A model generated the notes under the pieces. It was given only the letters and a program-made list of their open reading frames with translations, did not search any database and had not been told where the DNA came from. Shown piece after piece: positions 8,232 through 18,822 of a stretch of DNA of 64,000 bases (its first letter is position 1; each line of letters starts with the position of its first letter). A program made the translations under genes and the position numbers. This stretch comes from Candidatus Cloacimonadales bacterium (lineage in GTDB: Bacteria; Cloacimonadota; Cloacimonadia; Cloacimonadales; JAFGVF01), in the NCBI GenBank assembly GCA_963677495.2, contig CAXXOU010000003.1, positions 416,001 through 480,000 of the forward strand, written 5' to 3'.

Positions 8232-11200
8232 ATGTATTATAAACATACCCAAAAGACTCGTATATTAACAATATTCGTGTTATTTACGTCCCTAACTAGC
8301 CTTGTTGCAGTGATTTCTTTTAACACTTCTATTTGGAACGGTAATCATTATATTTCCGGTGAAACCTCATTTGATTATTTTTCTTATGAAGTGCAGAACG
8401 GAGATGTTAATGGTGATGGGATAGCTGATTTAATCTGCTCTGCACCCTATTCTGACTATCAGGGACGCAACTCTTCTGGTACTGTATATGTTTTTTACGG
8501 TATTTCAATTCAGCAAAACTATCAATACATTGACCTATCATCTGAGAATGCTGATGTCACAATTGTAGGTGCAAATAGCAATGATCAGTTAGGAAAATCC
8601 CTTGGAATTGGGCAAGTGAATGCAGACCTGTATGATGATATTGTTATCGGCGCTCCTTATGCTAGTTCAGATACAGTTCAACAAGTAGGTAAAGTCTTTG
8701 TCATAAGTGGTAGTAATCAGCTACCCGCGTTTATTGACCTTGCAACATACCCCGCTCAGACCTTTGAAGCTAATAACCCAAACGACCTTTTTGGCTCTAC
8801 TCTCAATCTCGTCGACCTTAACGGTGATTTAAGGCAGGAGATTGTTATTGGTGCTCCAAATGCTGATCGAGATATTGCTAATAACTGTGGTAAAACTTAT
8901 ATATTATGGAGTACAGTTACTTATCCTCTTATTAACAATATCAATGACTTATCTGATATAACAATCTTTTCCGGTCTTAATACAAATGATTTATCAGCAA
9001 CCACTTTCAGTAGTGGAAACGTTAATAACGACTCATATCAAGATCTATTGATAGCTGCACCTGGTTATGATAATGATCTTTATAACAACAGTGGTGCTAT
9101 CTATATTATAACTGGTAGATCATCGATTCCATTTCAAGAGTTTCAATTAGATAATAGTACTTATGTAACATCAACTATCAAAGGTGCAGAACAAAATGCC
9201 CAATTAGGATTATCACTTGCTTGTGGTGACTTTAATGATGACAATAATGATGATATTATTGTATCGAACTTTTGTACTGATAATGAAACAGGCAGTCTGT
9301 ATATGTATTTTGGTAGTAACTCCATACCTAATGAGTTTCAGTTAACTGAACAGAATTCCAACTTTGTAGTTTTAGGAACTGAAACTGATAACAGTTTTGG
9401 TAGTAATTTATTGATAGAAGATCTTAACAATGACCAGATTAGTGATTTAATAATTTGCACACCTGATGCTACCACATCTAATGGAGCTTTGAGTGGTAAA
9501 GTCCAAGTTCTTTATGGGCTTAGCAGCCCACCTGTTGTTATAGATTTCAATGAAAGCACTCCTGATGAAGTATATCTTGGAGCATCAAGTGATGACCTTT
9601 TCGGCACTTCTGTTACTATTTTTGATTTCAATAGTGATAACAAATTAGACATCTCTATTGCTGCACCACAAGGTCATAGTAATCGAGGAGCAGTTACCAC
9701 AGTTTACGGTGGGTTACCTTTATTCAGCAATCCAAACCCGGTAGATGAGGCAAGTGATGTTGATATTTCACAATCTGTGTCTTTCACTTTGTATGATGAT
9801 GAAGGCATAGACCTTAACTCTTTAGGTGTTACAATTGCAGGCACTTTCTATGATTTAAACAACCCTAACCTCTCTTATGCCGGGGAAGCCACAAATTATC
9901 GAATCGCGGTTACTCCACAGCAATATTTCGGATATAATCAAATTATTGATGTAACTGTAACAGCTACTGATAATGATGGATATTTGATTCCAACAACAGC
10001 TTACAGATTCTATACAAGACAAGACACAGATCCTCCATATACAAACACATGGATACCATCACCGGGAGATACTGATGTATCAGTTGATACAAACATAAGC
10101 TTCCATATTCTTGACTTGGGTGAGGGTGTCGATTTGACGACTATTGAAGTGAATGTTAATGGTGAGATCTACTATAATGGTGATCCAGGATTTAGTTATA
10201 GTGGAAGTTCCAATGACTATTATATAGAGATTGATCCAGCAAACAATTTTGGGTTCGAGCAAGTTGTTAATGTTCTTATTAACGCTTCTGATCTGGCCGA
10301 GAATCCCAATGCCATGAGCACTTTTGCCTATTCCTTCCAATGTTCACAAGATCTTGCTTCCCCTAGCTTGCTCTATATAGACCCATCGAGCCAAGAAGTA
10401 GTTGCTAGAAATCATCCCATAACAATTGAAGTTGTAGACCCGGAATCAGGTTTAGATCTATCATCTCTAGTTCTGACATTGGATGGTTCTTCTATTATTG
10501 AACAATGTGAGATTACACAGATACAGCAAAATAATGGTTATCGCTTCTACTGGAACCCGGTTCCTGACAATCTATACTCTCTAGGAGAGCATTCAATAGA
10601 GTTATATATTCAGGATAATTCCGCTAATTCCAATGCGATTGATACACTCTCAGTGTTCACGGTAGAGGCTGATTTAGAAGCTCCATATACTATCAATCAC
10701 ATTCCTGAGAAATTCAGTTTAGATAATCCAGAGAATACACATTTTAGTGTAGATATTCTTGATATTCTTTCAGGAGTTGATTTGGAGTCAGTATCGATAA
10801 ACATTAATGATTCTGAAATAATAGATTTACCAGAAACTGATGTAGTAATTATTCCAAATGGTTATAGGATTACTTACACACCATCAAACTATTTCAGTGA
10901 TATTGTAACTATTCAGATTTCTGCAACTGATTTGAATACTCCTCCTAACTTAATGCCTTTAGAGGAGTATACTTTCACATGTATACAAGATTTAGTTGCT
11001 CCCTATATTGCTGCTGCAGCTCCATCAGATCAGGAGCTGAATGTTCCACAGGATACAGATGTTTCTCTATCGCTTAGAGATGATTTGACAGGTGTAAATC
11101 CTGAATCTATACAACTATTTATTGATAGCGAAGAAGTTACAGATAATATAATTATAACTGAGTTATCTGATCAGATCGATCTTTTGTATAATCCCGATGA

Positions 11201-12908
11201 TGACTTTGATTTCAATCAGTGGGTCACAGTTAGAGTTGTATGTGCAGACTTAGCTTCCACACCAAACCCATTAGATCAAACTTACTCCTTCAAAATCATC
11301 CCGGATATTGAACCGCCATATCTGGTAAACATGATACCTGAAGATCAAGAAAGTGGTGTCGCTACTGTTGCAGAGGTTTCATTTGAAGTTCACGACGATG
11401 GACTTGGTGTTAACATAAATTCTTTGACTGTATATGAAAACAATATGCTAGTAACTACTGTATATGAGCAGATTCCAGATACAAATAATTACTTAGTGAC
11501 GTGGGAGCATGAACCTTATGAATATGGTGAAGAAGTAAACATAGTTGTTTCCGTCTCGGATATCGCAACAATACCAAATACTTTGTCTAACTTTATTTAT
11601 AGTTTTACAATCGCTGATGATGATGTGATTCCTCCATACTTTGACGGATTCAACCCGTCACCTCAGAGCATCGACGCTCCTGTTGAAACTTCAATCTCAT
11701 TAAAGATACTTGATACTGAGACTGGTATAAACAAGAATTCAATATTGTTCCACGTTAATAACCAAATTGTGGTTGATTATGAGCTGGAAGATATAGTTGA
11801 GGGAGATGCAACAGGAGTAAGGCTGTACTATCAACCTGCAACTGATTTCAACTACAATCAAACAGTAAATGTTCAAGTGTATGCTATTGATAACTCATCC
11901 AATCATAATGAAGCCAGTATAAATTACTATTTCACTACTTTATCAGACACAGAACCACCATATCTTGTTACAGCTAATCCTGCTGATGGTGAAAATGGGT
12001 ATGCTTTCTCTTTGATTTACCTTTTGTTTAGAGACGACCTTTCAGGAATAGATCCCAACTCCATAGATTTAGAGATAAATCAGGAACCTGTTTATGACTT
12101 TGAAATTGAATCAAAGTTTGAGGGTTGTGAAGTTCGTTTCCTGACAGGTAGTTTTGAAGGAAATGAAACAGTAGAGGTTTCCTATACAGTTGCCGATAGT
12201 ATAGGAAATCTTCTTCAAGGCAATTATAGTTTCAGTATTATTGAAGACATCTATGAGCCTTATTTTATCTTAGAGAATCCCATTATTGGAGACATTCAAT
12301 CTGATGATGTTTTACAAGTTGCCGTTTTAGATAAAGGAACCGGAATTGACTCTACATCGGTAAGGTTCTGGGTTAATAATCGTGAGATTCATACTTTCCA
12401 GTTAAATAGAGATGTATATTCTACTAATCCGGACTCATTAGGTTATTTATTACTTTATCCTCTAGATAATATGTACTACCCGGGACAAGAGCTCAACATA
12501 GATATTGAAGCAGAAGATAACTCATCTCCGGTAAAACTATTTGCTCAAGATAGCTTTATTACACATGTTTTTAAACAAGCTAAGGATGACAAAGTAACAG
12601 TTGTACCGGATATTATAACTCCAAACAATGATGGTTTCAATGACAATGTTAGAATTATTATACCTCTAGACTCTGGAGATGATGAAGCTGAATGCATAAT
12701 CTTCAGTTTAAAAGGCAAAAAACTTATAGAACTAAATTGCAATCCTTATAACTATTTTGATCAAGATGCGGGAACTTCCTTGCAGTACAAATCTGCTTTA
12801 TGGAAGGGAGTAAATGATAATGGAAAAGGTGTACCACCTGGAGTTTATATCTGCCAAGTAAAGGTTAATGGTAAAACACACCTTAACACAATAACGGTTG
12901 CGAAGTAG
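8232..12908 (+). CDS. Giant secreted adhesin-like protein: FG-GAP/integrin-alpha beta-propeller, tandem Ig-like repeats, type-B (CHU_C-like) T9SS CTD
   Basis: Repeated GDVNGDGIADLI/IGAP motifs in the first ~500 aa; ~110-aa repeats D..PPY....P...V.....ISF.I.D...GVD..SI; C-terminal VVPDIITPNNDGFND...WKGVNDNGKGVPPGVYI. Confidence 0.8.
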   Translation: MYYKHTQKTRILTIFVLFTSLTSLVAVISFNTSIWNGNHYISGETSFDYFSYEVQNGDVNGDGIADLICSAPYSDYQGRNSSGTVYVFYGISIQQNYQYIDLSSENADVTIVGANSNDQLGKSLGIGQVNADLYDDIVIGAPYASSDTVQQVGKVFVISGSNQLPAFIDLATYPAQTFEANNPNDLFGSTLNLVDLNGDLRQEIVIGAPNADRDIANNCGKTYILWSTVTYPLINNINDLSDITIFSGLNTNDLSATTFSSGNVNNDSYQDLLIAAPGYDNDLYNNSGAIYIITGRSSIPFQEFQLDNSTYVTSTIKGAEQNAQLGLSLACGDFNDDNNDDIIVSNFCTDNETGSLYMYFGSNSIPNEFQLTEQNSNFVVLGTETDNSFGSNLLIEDLNNDQISDLIICTPDATTSNGALSGKVQVLYGLSSPPVVIDFNESTPDEVYLGASSDDLFGTSVTIFDFNSDNKLDISIAAPQGHSNRGAVTTVYGGLPLFSNPNPVDEASDVDISQSVSFTLYDDEGIDLNSLGVTIAGTFYDLNNPNLSYAGEATNYRIAVTPQQYFGYNQIIDVTVTATDNDGYLIPTTAYRFYTRQDTDPPYTNTWIPSPGDTDVSVDTNISFHILDLGEGVDLTTIEVNVNGEIYYNGDPGFSYSGSSNDYYIEIDPANNFGFEQVVNVLINASDLAENPNAMSTFAYSFQCSQDLASPSLLYIDPSSQEVVARNHPITIEVVDPESGLDLSSLVLTLDGSSIIEQCEITQIQQNNGYRFYWNPVPDNLYSLGEHSIELYIQDNSANSNAIDTLSVFTVEADLEAPYTINHIPEKFSLDNPENTHFSVDILDILSGVDLESVSININDSEIIDLPETDVVIIPNGYRITYTPSNYFSDIVTIQISATDLNTPPNLMPLEEYTFTCIQDLVAPYIAAAAPSDQELNVPQDTDVSLSLRDDLTGVNPESIQLFIDSEEVTDNIIITELSDQIDLLYNPDDDFDFNQWVTVRVVCADLASTPNPLDQTYSFKIIPDIEPPYLVNMIPEDQESGVATVAEVSFEVHDDGLGVNINSLTVYENNMLVTTVYEQIPDTNNYLVTWEHEPYEYGEEVNIVVSVSDIATIPNTLSNFIYSFTIADDDVIPPYFDGFNPSPQSIDAPVETSISLKILDTETGINKNSILFHVNNQIVVDYELEDIVEGDATGVRLYYQPATDFNYNQTVNVQVYAIDNSSNHNEASINYYFTTLSDTEPPYLVTANPADGENGYAFSLIYLLFRDDLSGIDPNSIDLEINQEPVYDFEIESKFEGCEVRFLTGSFEGNETVEVSYTVADSIGNLLQGNYSFSIIEDIYEPYFILENPIIGDIQSDDVLQVAVLDKGTGIDSTSVRFWVNNREIHTFQLNRDVYSTNPDSLGYLLLYPLDNMYYPGQELNIDIEAEDNSSPVKLFAQDSFITHVFKQAKDDKVTVVPDIITPNNDGFNDNVRIIIPLDSGDDEAECIIFSLKGKKLIELNCNPYNYFDQDAGTSLQYKSALWKGVNDNGKGVPPGVYICQVKVNGKTHLNTITVAK

Positions 12909-12916
12909 GAGGAATA

Positions 12917-14380
12917 ATGAAAAAGATACTTATAACAACATTCGCTTTCTTCCTTATCGCTAATCTGTTCTCTTTCAATTTTGAAAAAGCCGGAATACGT
13001 AACTTCTCAATGGGTAACACTGGTATCGCTCAATCCTTTGATGCTTCAGCTGCTGTATATAATCCTGCTCTATTAGCACACATTAAAGAGTTTTCATTGT
13101 TAACTGACAATAGAATATACCTGTATGAACTTGAAAATGACCAGTTATCTTATAATTCTGTAATTGTATCTGTTCCTCTTGGCACAAAATTCAGCTCTGC
13201 TTTTTCATCTGATGTTTTTCAGTCAGACCTTTATCAAGAACTGCATCTAGGTCTGCATGCCGGTACTTTCATAAGAGGTGATAGGTTCAAAGCAGGGATA
13301 GGATTAAACTACTTTAACGCTGGATTTGGTTCAAACATCTACACTGCCAATGATCCACTTTTTGTTGACAATGATGATAGCAGTACTGCTATAGATTTTG
13401 ATTTAGGATTCGCATATTTAGTAAACAACAGATTACAATTTGGTTTAGTTGGTCGGAACCTTCTACAATCAAAACTTGCAATTGATTCAGATGATACACT
13501 GGCAAGAGAAATTGGATTTGGTGCGACCTTCAGCATAATTCCACAGTGGTTAATCGCTACAGATTTAGTGTATACTTCTTACAATGAAGAAGACTTTGAC
13601 GAGTTAATATACTCATTTGGTACCGAATACAGACTTTCAAATAACCTAGCATTAAGAGGTGGATTGAACAATACTGATTTGAGTTTTGGTTTTGGATTCC
13701 TTGTCCTTGAAAAAGAGTATTTACAAAAGTATCGTGACCCTCTAAACAATAGAAAGATGGTGAATAGTAAGTCTATTGCACTATCTGTAGACTATGGTTT
13801 TAGTTATCCTGTGCTATCAGATATGGAAATACCATATGGAAACCACTTTGTCGGACTTGAACTCAAGTTTGGAAGCTCAACAACTGATGAAGACAAGCTT
13901 GCATCTCAAATACCTCCAAGAATTCAAACTGAGTTTATCAAAGAGCCAATGAAAGCTATTGAGACCCCACAACTAGCTACAGTTGACACATTGTATATCG
14001 AGATCGAAAAAATAATAAAGGATACTGTTTATGTTGTTGATACATTGAGAGTTTTCACTGGTATATCTACTGATGAATATCTTCGCAAATCTAAAGAACT
14101 TGATGCAGTAAAGCTTGAGCTCAAAGACTATCAGGATCTTAATAAAGCTCTTATACATATTACAAACGCCACTAAATACTATTATCAAAGTGATCTTGTG
14201 AAAGCAGTAGCAGAGTGCCGTGCAGCCATTAGACTTGCTCCAAATATGGCTCTAGCCTATATAAAACTAGGTTCTATATATTACCGAATGGACGAAAAGG
14301 ATAAAGCTTTCTCAAATTGGAGAAAAGCCAAAGCTATAGACCCGAATAATCCAGAACTTAAAGCTGTCTTTAGGGAGTAA
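12917..14380 (+). CDS. PorV/PorP-SprF-like outer-membrane beta-barrel fused to C-terminal TPR
   Basis: GIRNFSMGNTGIA...AAVYNPALLA (PorV/FadL-fold N-terminus), amphipathic strands, LALRGG; TPR CRAAIRLAPNMALAYIKLGSIYY...AIDPNNPEL. Confidence 0.7.
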   Translation: MKKILITTFAFFLIANLFSFNFEKAGIRNFSMGNTGIAQSFDASAAVYNPALLAHIKEFSLLTDNRIYLYELENDQLSYNSVIVSVPLGTKFSSAFSSDVFQSDLYQELHLGLHAGTFIRGDRFKAGIGLNYFNAGFGSNIYTANDPLFVDNDDSSTAIDFDLGFAYLVNNRLQFGLVGRNLLQSKLAIDSDDTLAREIGFGATFSIIPQWLIATDLVYTSYNEEDFDELIYSFGTEYRLSNNLALRGGLNNTDLSFGFGFLVLEKEYLQKYRDPLNNRKMVNSKSIALSVDYGFSYPVLSDMEIPYGNHFVGLELKFGSSTTDEDKLASQIPPRIQTEFIKEPMKAIETPQLATVDTLYIEIEKIIKDTVYVVDTLRVFTGISTDEYLRKSKELDAVKLELKDYQDLNKALIHITNATKYYYQSDLVKAVAECRAAIRLAPNMALAYIKLGSIYYRMDEKDKAFSNWRKAKAIDPNNPELKAVFRE

Positions 14381-14603
14381 CACTATAGAGAAAACATTCA
14401 TGAATTGACATCTTTTCCCTTAAGTAAAGAGCTTGCTTATTCACGTAGGTTTCTTTTAAGGAGGTAATGATTCATTGCCTGCTACTATACTATCATTTTA
14501 CTTAATCACACACTAGCTTACTGTGTCAGAATTATAGAAACACAAGACACAGATATCAAAGCTATCTTCACCATCTTTAATAACCTTCTATTTTTCATCT
14601 TTT

Positions 14604-14772
14604 CTCATTTATTCATCCTTAAATCCCTCACTTTATTCCCTTAAAAACCTAGAATCTCGCTTGTCCCTCCCTTTAGCCTCCCTAGACCCTCCCTATGAAC
14701 CCCTAAAGTTATCCACATCGTGTGCATAACTTTTCCAAGAGTAAAACCAGTTCTTTATGAGAGGACAATGAT
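14604..14772. repeat. Intergenic inverted-repeat element (family copy) with 11-bp periodic core and DnaA-type box pair
   Basis: Right end TTTATGAGAGGACAATGA resembles the TIR of the 27099 copy; CTCCCT at 14667/14678/14689; TTATCCACA-tcg-TGTGCATAA at 14709-14729. Confidence 0.5.
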
Positions 14773-14946
14773 AGAACAAATGAACTGCAGTAAATATCTC
14801 ATACTATGCTTTACCACGAATTGTTAAGGTGTACTTGTACGAAAACCATTTCAGAGTTGAATAACTTGACCGGATAAAAGAGCTTGATATATATGAGTGA
14901 TTATATCAGTTGCTTCTGGACTGATTGGGAGAATAAAGGAGCATTT

Positions 14947-15927
14947 ATGAAGAGATCCATTGAAACTTGTAGAGGACAATTGTTGAAGTATGTATACATA
15001 TTACTGGCATTGGCTTTCATGCATATCTTAACATCATGCGAATTTGAAGATAATGAGGGAAAGTATTGGTCTGAAAATTGGATTGCTACAATGAATATTG
15101 ATGGGTCTGAGGTTGAATACCTTTACTATGGAAGGGCAGATTTACTCTACAATGGAGAATACATTATCTTCTCAACACGAGATTCAATTATGACAATTGA
15201 TCGTGATGGAACGGAAGTGGTAATAAATAGAGATGGGTTTGATGTTAAGCAAGTCACTGAAGATAAGATTGTTCTTTATGGAGCTAGTGATATTCACTTA
15301 ATGGACATTGATGGATCAAATCTAACTAATATGACAAATCATTTGAATTGTTTTGCAGGACATTCGTTTCTTTCAGAGAACTATCTGATCTATGCGAGTG
15401 GATGTGGAGACTATGTTGAAGGATTTGAATATTCATTGGAGTTGATAGATATGAAGAATAACGAAACAACTAGTTTAGGGATATCTAGCAGTGATCCATT
15501 TAGTGATTTAATACTAGTAGAAGATGAGGTTTTAGTCAGTAATAGTGGTTATTTGAAAAGTATAGATATTTCAACAAAAGATATCGAAGTTCTATGCGAT
15601 GATAGAATGGTTTCACCGAAATATGATGAAGCAAACTTAACAGTTATATATTATGATTCGCATTATGGAAGAATACGCTCATTTAATACAGAAACAAGAG
15701 AGTTTAACACAATATATAACTTTAATCCCGGAGTGAATTACTCCAAGAAAAGTACAACTTCTGATTTTGAATACATAGCACTAAGTGGTGCGTATGAACA
15801 GGATACTGTAATCAACTTGAGAACCGGCCAAAGACATAGTTTAGAAGTATATTCAGAGGGAGCAGAATTTATTGAGGATTATCGAATAATCAGCACTGTG
15901 TTGAGAAAGTTTCCGGAGGAGGATTAA
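14947..15927 (+). CDS. Lipoprotein, probable beta-propeller (TolB/DUF5050-like)
   Basis: AAGGAG RBS before ATG 14947; lipobox LTSC; repeated IATMNIDGS/IHLMDIDGSNLTNMT blades. Confidence 0.6.
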   Translation: MKRSIETCRGQLLKYVYILLALAFMHILTSCEFEDNEGKYWSENWIATMNIDGSEVEYLYYGRADLLYNGEYIIFSTRDSIMTIDRDGTEVVINRDGFDVKQVTEDKIVLYGASDIHLMDIDGSNLTNMTNHLNCFAGHSFLSENYLIYASGCGDYVEGFEYSLELIDMKNNETTSLGISSSDPFSDLILVEDEVLVSNSGYLKSIDISTKDIEVLCDDRMVSPKYDEANLTVIYYDSHYGRIRSFNTETREFNTIYNFNPGVNYSKKSTTSDFEYIALSGAYEQDTVINLRTGQRHSLEVYSEGAEFIEDYRIISTVLRKFPEED

Positions 15928-16002
15928 ATCTAGAGTTCTTTTTTCCTTGCCATAATTAATAGAATTTACTATTTTTAGACAAATTGAAGGAAAAGGGATG
16001 GT

Positions 16003-17112
16003 ATGAAAAACACATTTGGCAACAGAATACTGAAGCTACTGTCAATAATCATAGTGCTGATACTTGTATCATCCACACTTCTTTACCTATTTGAACACAA
16101 CCATCCGGACACACTTATCCACACTTTTGCTGATGCAATTTGGTGGGGAATCGTAACTGTTACAACAATTGGTTATGGTGATATCGTGCCTATCACATCC
16201 GGTGGAAGAGTAATTGGAACAATTCTAATTATCTTTGGTTTCTGTAGTTTAACAATCTTTACAGCTATTTTGGCTTCAGTGTTTGTAGAAGACAAATTGA
16301 AAGGAGCGAAGGGTTTGAAAAAAGTAAAACTAAACGGACATTTCGTGATATGTGGAATTAATAGTTCCACTGAATATATGTTGAAAGCTTTTCAGGAGAA
16401 GAAGAGTTTCAACAAGAGTATTGTGCTTGTTGGAAACCATTCTGTTGAGATATTTGAGAGTATACAGAGCAAATTCACTAAACTGAATCTACAGTTTGTC
16501 AGAGGAGATCAGACACAAGTAGAGATATTGAATCGAGCGAGTATAAGCTCAGCAGAGCGTGTGTTCATTATGAGCGATGAGCAGAACTCACGCGAGATGG
16601 CAGATGATTATACAATAGTTGTTGTTAACACAGTGAAGTATGTAAATCCTGATGTTAAGCTTACTGTTCAGCTGTTAAATGCTTCCAAGAAACATCTTTT
16701 AAGACGTTCAGGAGTGGATGAGATACTTGTTTATGATGAGTTGAGCGGATATATATTAGCAAATAACCCTGAGAGTGATTGTGCTGTATCTATAATCGAA
16801 AAACTTTTAAAAGAGTATGACCACAGTATGGAACTTATAGATGTACCTGATAAACTTGTCGGACAAACTTTCGGTGATCTGCACACACATTTTTGGGAGG
16901 AGATGAATCGGATTGCAATTGGTTTAATTGATTATCAACAGGACTTAAAACTGAATGATATATTCTCGGATGATAGTTCGGCAATTGATGAATATATAAA
17001 AGCAACTCTAGCGAAAGCGAAATCTGTGAATGCAGATAAAAATGAGTTAATAACGATACATCCTGAGAAGGATTTCCGAATCAAATCCAACCACAAAGTA
17101 TTGGTGCTATAA
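16003..17112 (+). CDS. Potassium channel protein (2TM pore + RCK/TrkA-N domain)
   Basis: Selectivity filter TVTTIGYGD; RCK HFVICG, FVRGD. Confidence 0.9.
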   Translation: MKNTFGNRILKLLSIIIVLILVSSTLLYLFEHNHPDTLIHTFADAIWWGIVTVTTIGYGDIVPITSGGRVIGTILIIFGFCSLTIFTAILASVFVEDKLKGAKGLKKVKLNGHFVICGINSSTEYMLKAFQEKKSFNKSIVLVGNHSVEIFESIQSKFTKLNLQFVRGDQTQVEILNRASISSAERVFIMSDEQNSREMADDYTIVVVNTVKYVNPDVKLTVQLLNASKKHLLRRSGVDEILVYDELSGYILANNPESDCAVSIIEKLLKEYDHSMELIDVPDKLVGQTFGDLHTHFWEEMNRIAIGLIDYQQDLKLNDIFSDDSSAIDEYIKATLAKAKSVNADKNELITIHPEKDFRIKSNHKVLVL

Positions 17113-17121
17113 GGAGTCCTT

Positions 17122-17622
17122 ATGAAACCTGATTTTTCGAAAACAAGAATATTTAAAAGCTTAGATAAAGATCAATTAGAGGTAGTGGAAGCTTATCTGG
17201 AACCTAAACAATATGTTTCTGGAGACTTAATCATTGAAGAAAATACAGAAGGTTCTCGATTATACATCCTAACATCCGGGAAAGTGTTTATTACAAAGAA
17301 TCTTGTAATGGATATTCTTGATAACCATAATGCAGAAGCAAAGCGATTAGCTACATTAACCGGTGATTTCATGCCCAGTTTTGGTGAAAACGGTCTTATA
17401 ACAAATGGTTTAAGAACTGCTAATGTTATTGCAGGAGAAGATTGCACAGTCTTTGAGCTATCCGGTGAAAACTTTGAAGAGATAGTTTCAAACAATGTTA
17501 ACATTGGATATAAGATAGTACGTAATATAGCTGATATTGTCTGTGGAAGACTTGAGCAAACAGATAAGAATGTAGTGAAATTGGCAACTGCTTTGTACCT
17601 TTCAGTTGGCGACAGGAAATAA
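17122..17622 (+). CDS. Cyclic nucleotide-binding domain protein
   Basis: IIEENTEGSRLYILTSGKV, FGENGL...RTANVIA (phosphate-binding cassette); no HTH. Confidence 0.85.
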   Translation: MKPDFSKTRIFKSLDKDQLEVVEAYLEPKQYVSGDLIIEENTEGSRLYILTSGKVFITKNLVMDILDNHNAEAKRLATLTGDFMPSFGENGLITNGLRTANVIAGEDCTVFELSGENFEEIVSNNVNIGYKIVRNIADIVCGRLEQTDKNVVKLATALYLSVGDRK

Positions 17623-17730
17623 TCGAACTGTTAAAGCTTTACGTAATTACCGTCTTTGCTCGTAAAGTCTTTGACAAATAGCACAATATCGAAAAACATG
17701 CTTGAAAGAAATTAAACTGGAGCTTTATTA

Positions 17731-18819
17731 ATGGAAGTCAATATATATCATTACTTTCTCTTATTTGGAATGTCGTTGGTGCTCGTATATGCACTAACAC
17801 CTTTTATACAAAAATTCGCAATTAACATCAACTTTGTTGATCAACCCAATGCTAGGAAAGTACATAAGAAAGCAACCCCTCTTTTAGGTGGAGCCGCAGT
17901 ATTTACCGGATTCCTGGTGATGGTAATTTTTGAAAGTATAATAAATTATCATGTTGTATTGGATAGAAATTTAGTGGGATTCTTAGCCGGTGCTTTGATA
18001 ATATTTCTTATAGGCGTGATTGATGATAAGATGGGGATGAAACCCCAGATTAAACTGATGGGTCAGATTATTTGTGCTCTAGTATTTATCTTTACTAATT
18101 ACCAGAAAGTTGAACTTATCACAATGTTTGGCTCAGAATATATTACAATTCCAATTCTTTTGATTTGGATGGTTGGCTTAATGAATGCCTTTAACTTTCT
18201 TGATAATATGGATGGTATTATTACCGGTATGGCCGGAATAATTGGATTGGGCTTCTTTGGTTTTACGATCATTAACAGTGGTAGTCAGAATGAAGTTATG
18301 CGCTTTATGGGGCTTGTCTCTTTGACTTTCTCAGGTGCACTATTTGGTTTTCTACCTTACAACTTTAATCCGGCTAAAATGTTTCTGGGTGATGCAGGAA
18401 GTATGTTTATCGGATACTTTCTCTCTTCAATGGGTATTCAGATGGCACAGTTTGCCAGCAATACAGCTCAGAACAAGTTCTATTACTTATTACCTGTTTT
18501 AATGCTTAGTTATTCTATTTTTGATATTAGTCTTGTGAGTTTCACAAGGAAAAGAGATGGCAGACATGTTATGCAAGGTGGTAAAGATCATTCTACTCAT
18601 AGAATGCATACAGTGCTGGGCTCAGCAAAAATTACAGCTATATTCATCTATATCATAAATCTACTGATTATTATTACTGCTATGATCGTTTTTAAAATCC
18701 GTTCTTTACCATTGATGATTGTCTCAACAGTAATCTTCTCAGTAGCGTTTATTATTTTTGGTTCAAAACTAGACCAAGTACCAATCGTTGTTCCTGAAAA
18801 TCAGAAGAAGAAAAAGTAA
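17731..18819 (+). CDS. Undecaprenyl-phosphate GlcNAc-1-phosphate transferase (WecA/TagO, GT family 4)
   Basis: RKVHKKATPLLGG, GVIDD, NAFNFLDNMDG, YNFNPAKMFLGDAGS, DHSTHR. Confidence 0.9.
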   Translation: MEVNIYHYFLLFGMSLVLVYALTPFIQKFAININFVDQPNARKVHKKATPLLGGAAVFTGFLVMVIFESIINYHVVLDRNLVGFLAGALIIFLIGVIDDKMGMKPQIKLMGQIICALVFIFTNYQKVELITMFGSEYITIPILLIWMVGLMNAFNFLDNMDGIITGMAGIIGLGFFGFTIINSGSQNEVMRFMGLVSLTFSGALFGFLPYNFNPAKMFLGDAGSMFIGYFLSSMGIQMAQFASNTAQNKFYYLLPVLMLSYSIFDISLVSFTRKRDGRHVMQGGKDHSTHRMHTVLGSAKITAIFIYIINLLIIITAMIVFKIRSLPLMIVSTVIFSVAFIIFGSKLDQVPIVVPENQKKKK

Positions 18820-18822
18820 CGA

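Noticed and set aside
14457..14505. Small ORF MIHCLLLYYHFT after a perfect TAAGGAGGT
   Set aside because: The Shine-Dalgarno sequence is only 1 nt from the ATG, the ORF is 12 codons, and there is no other support.
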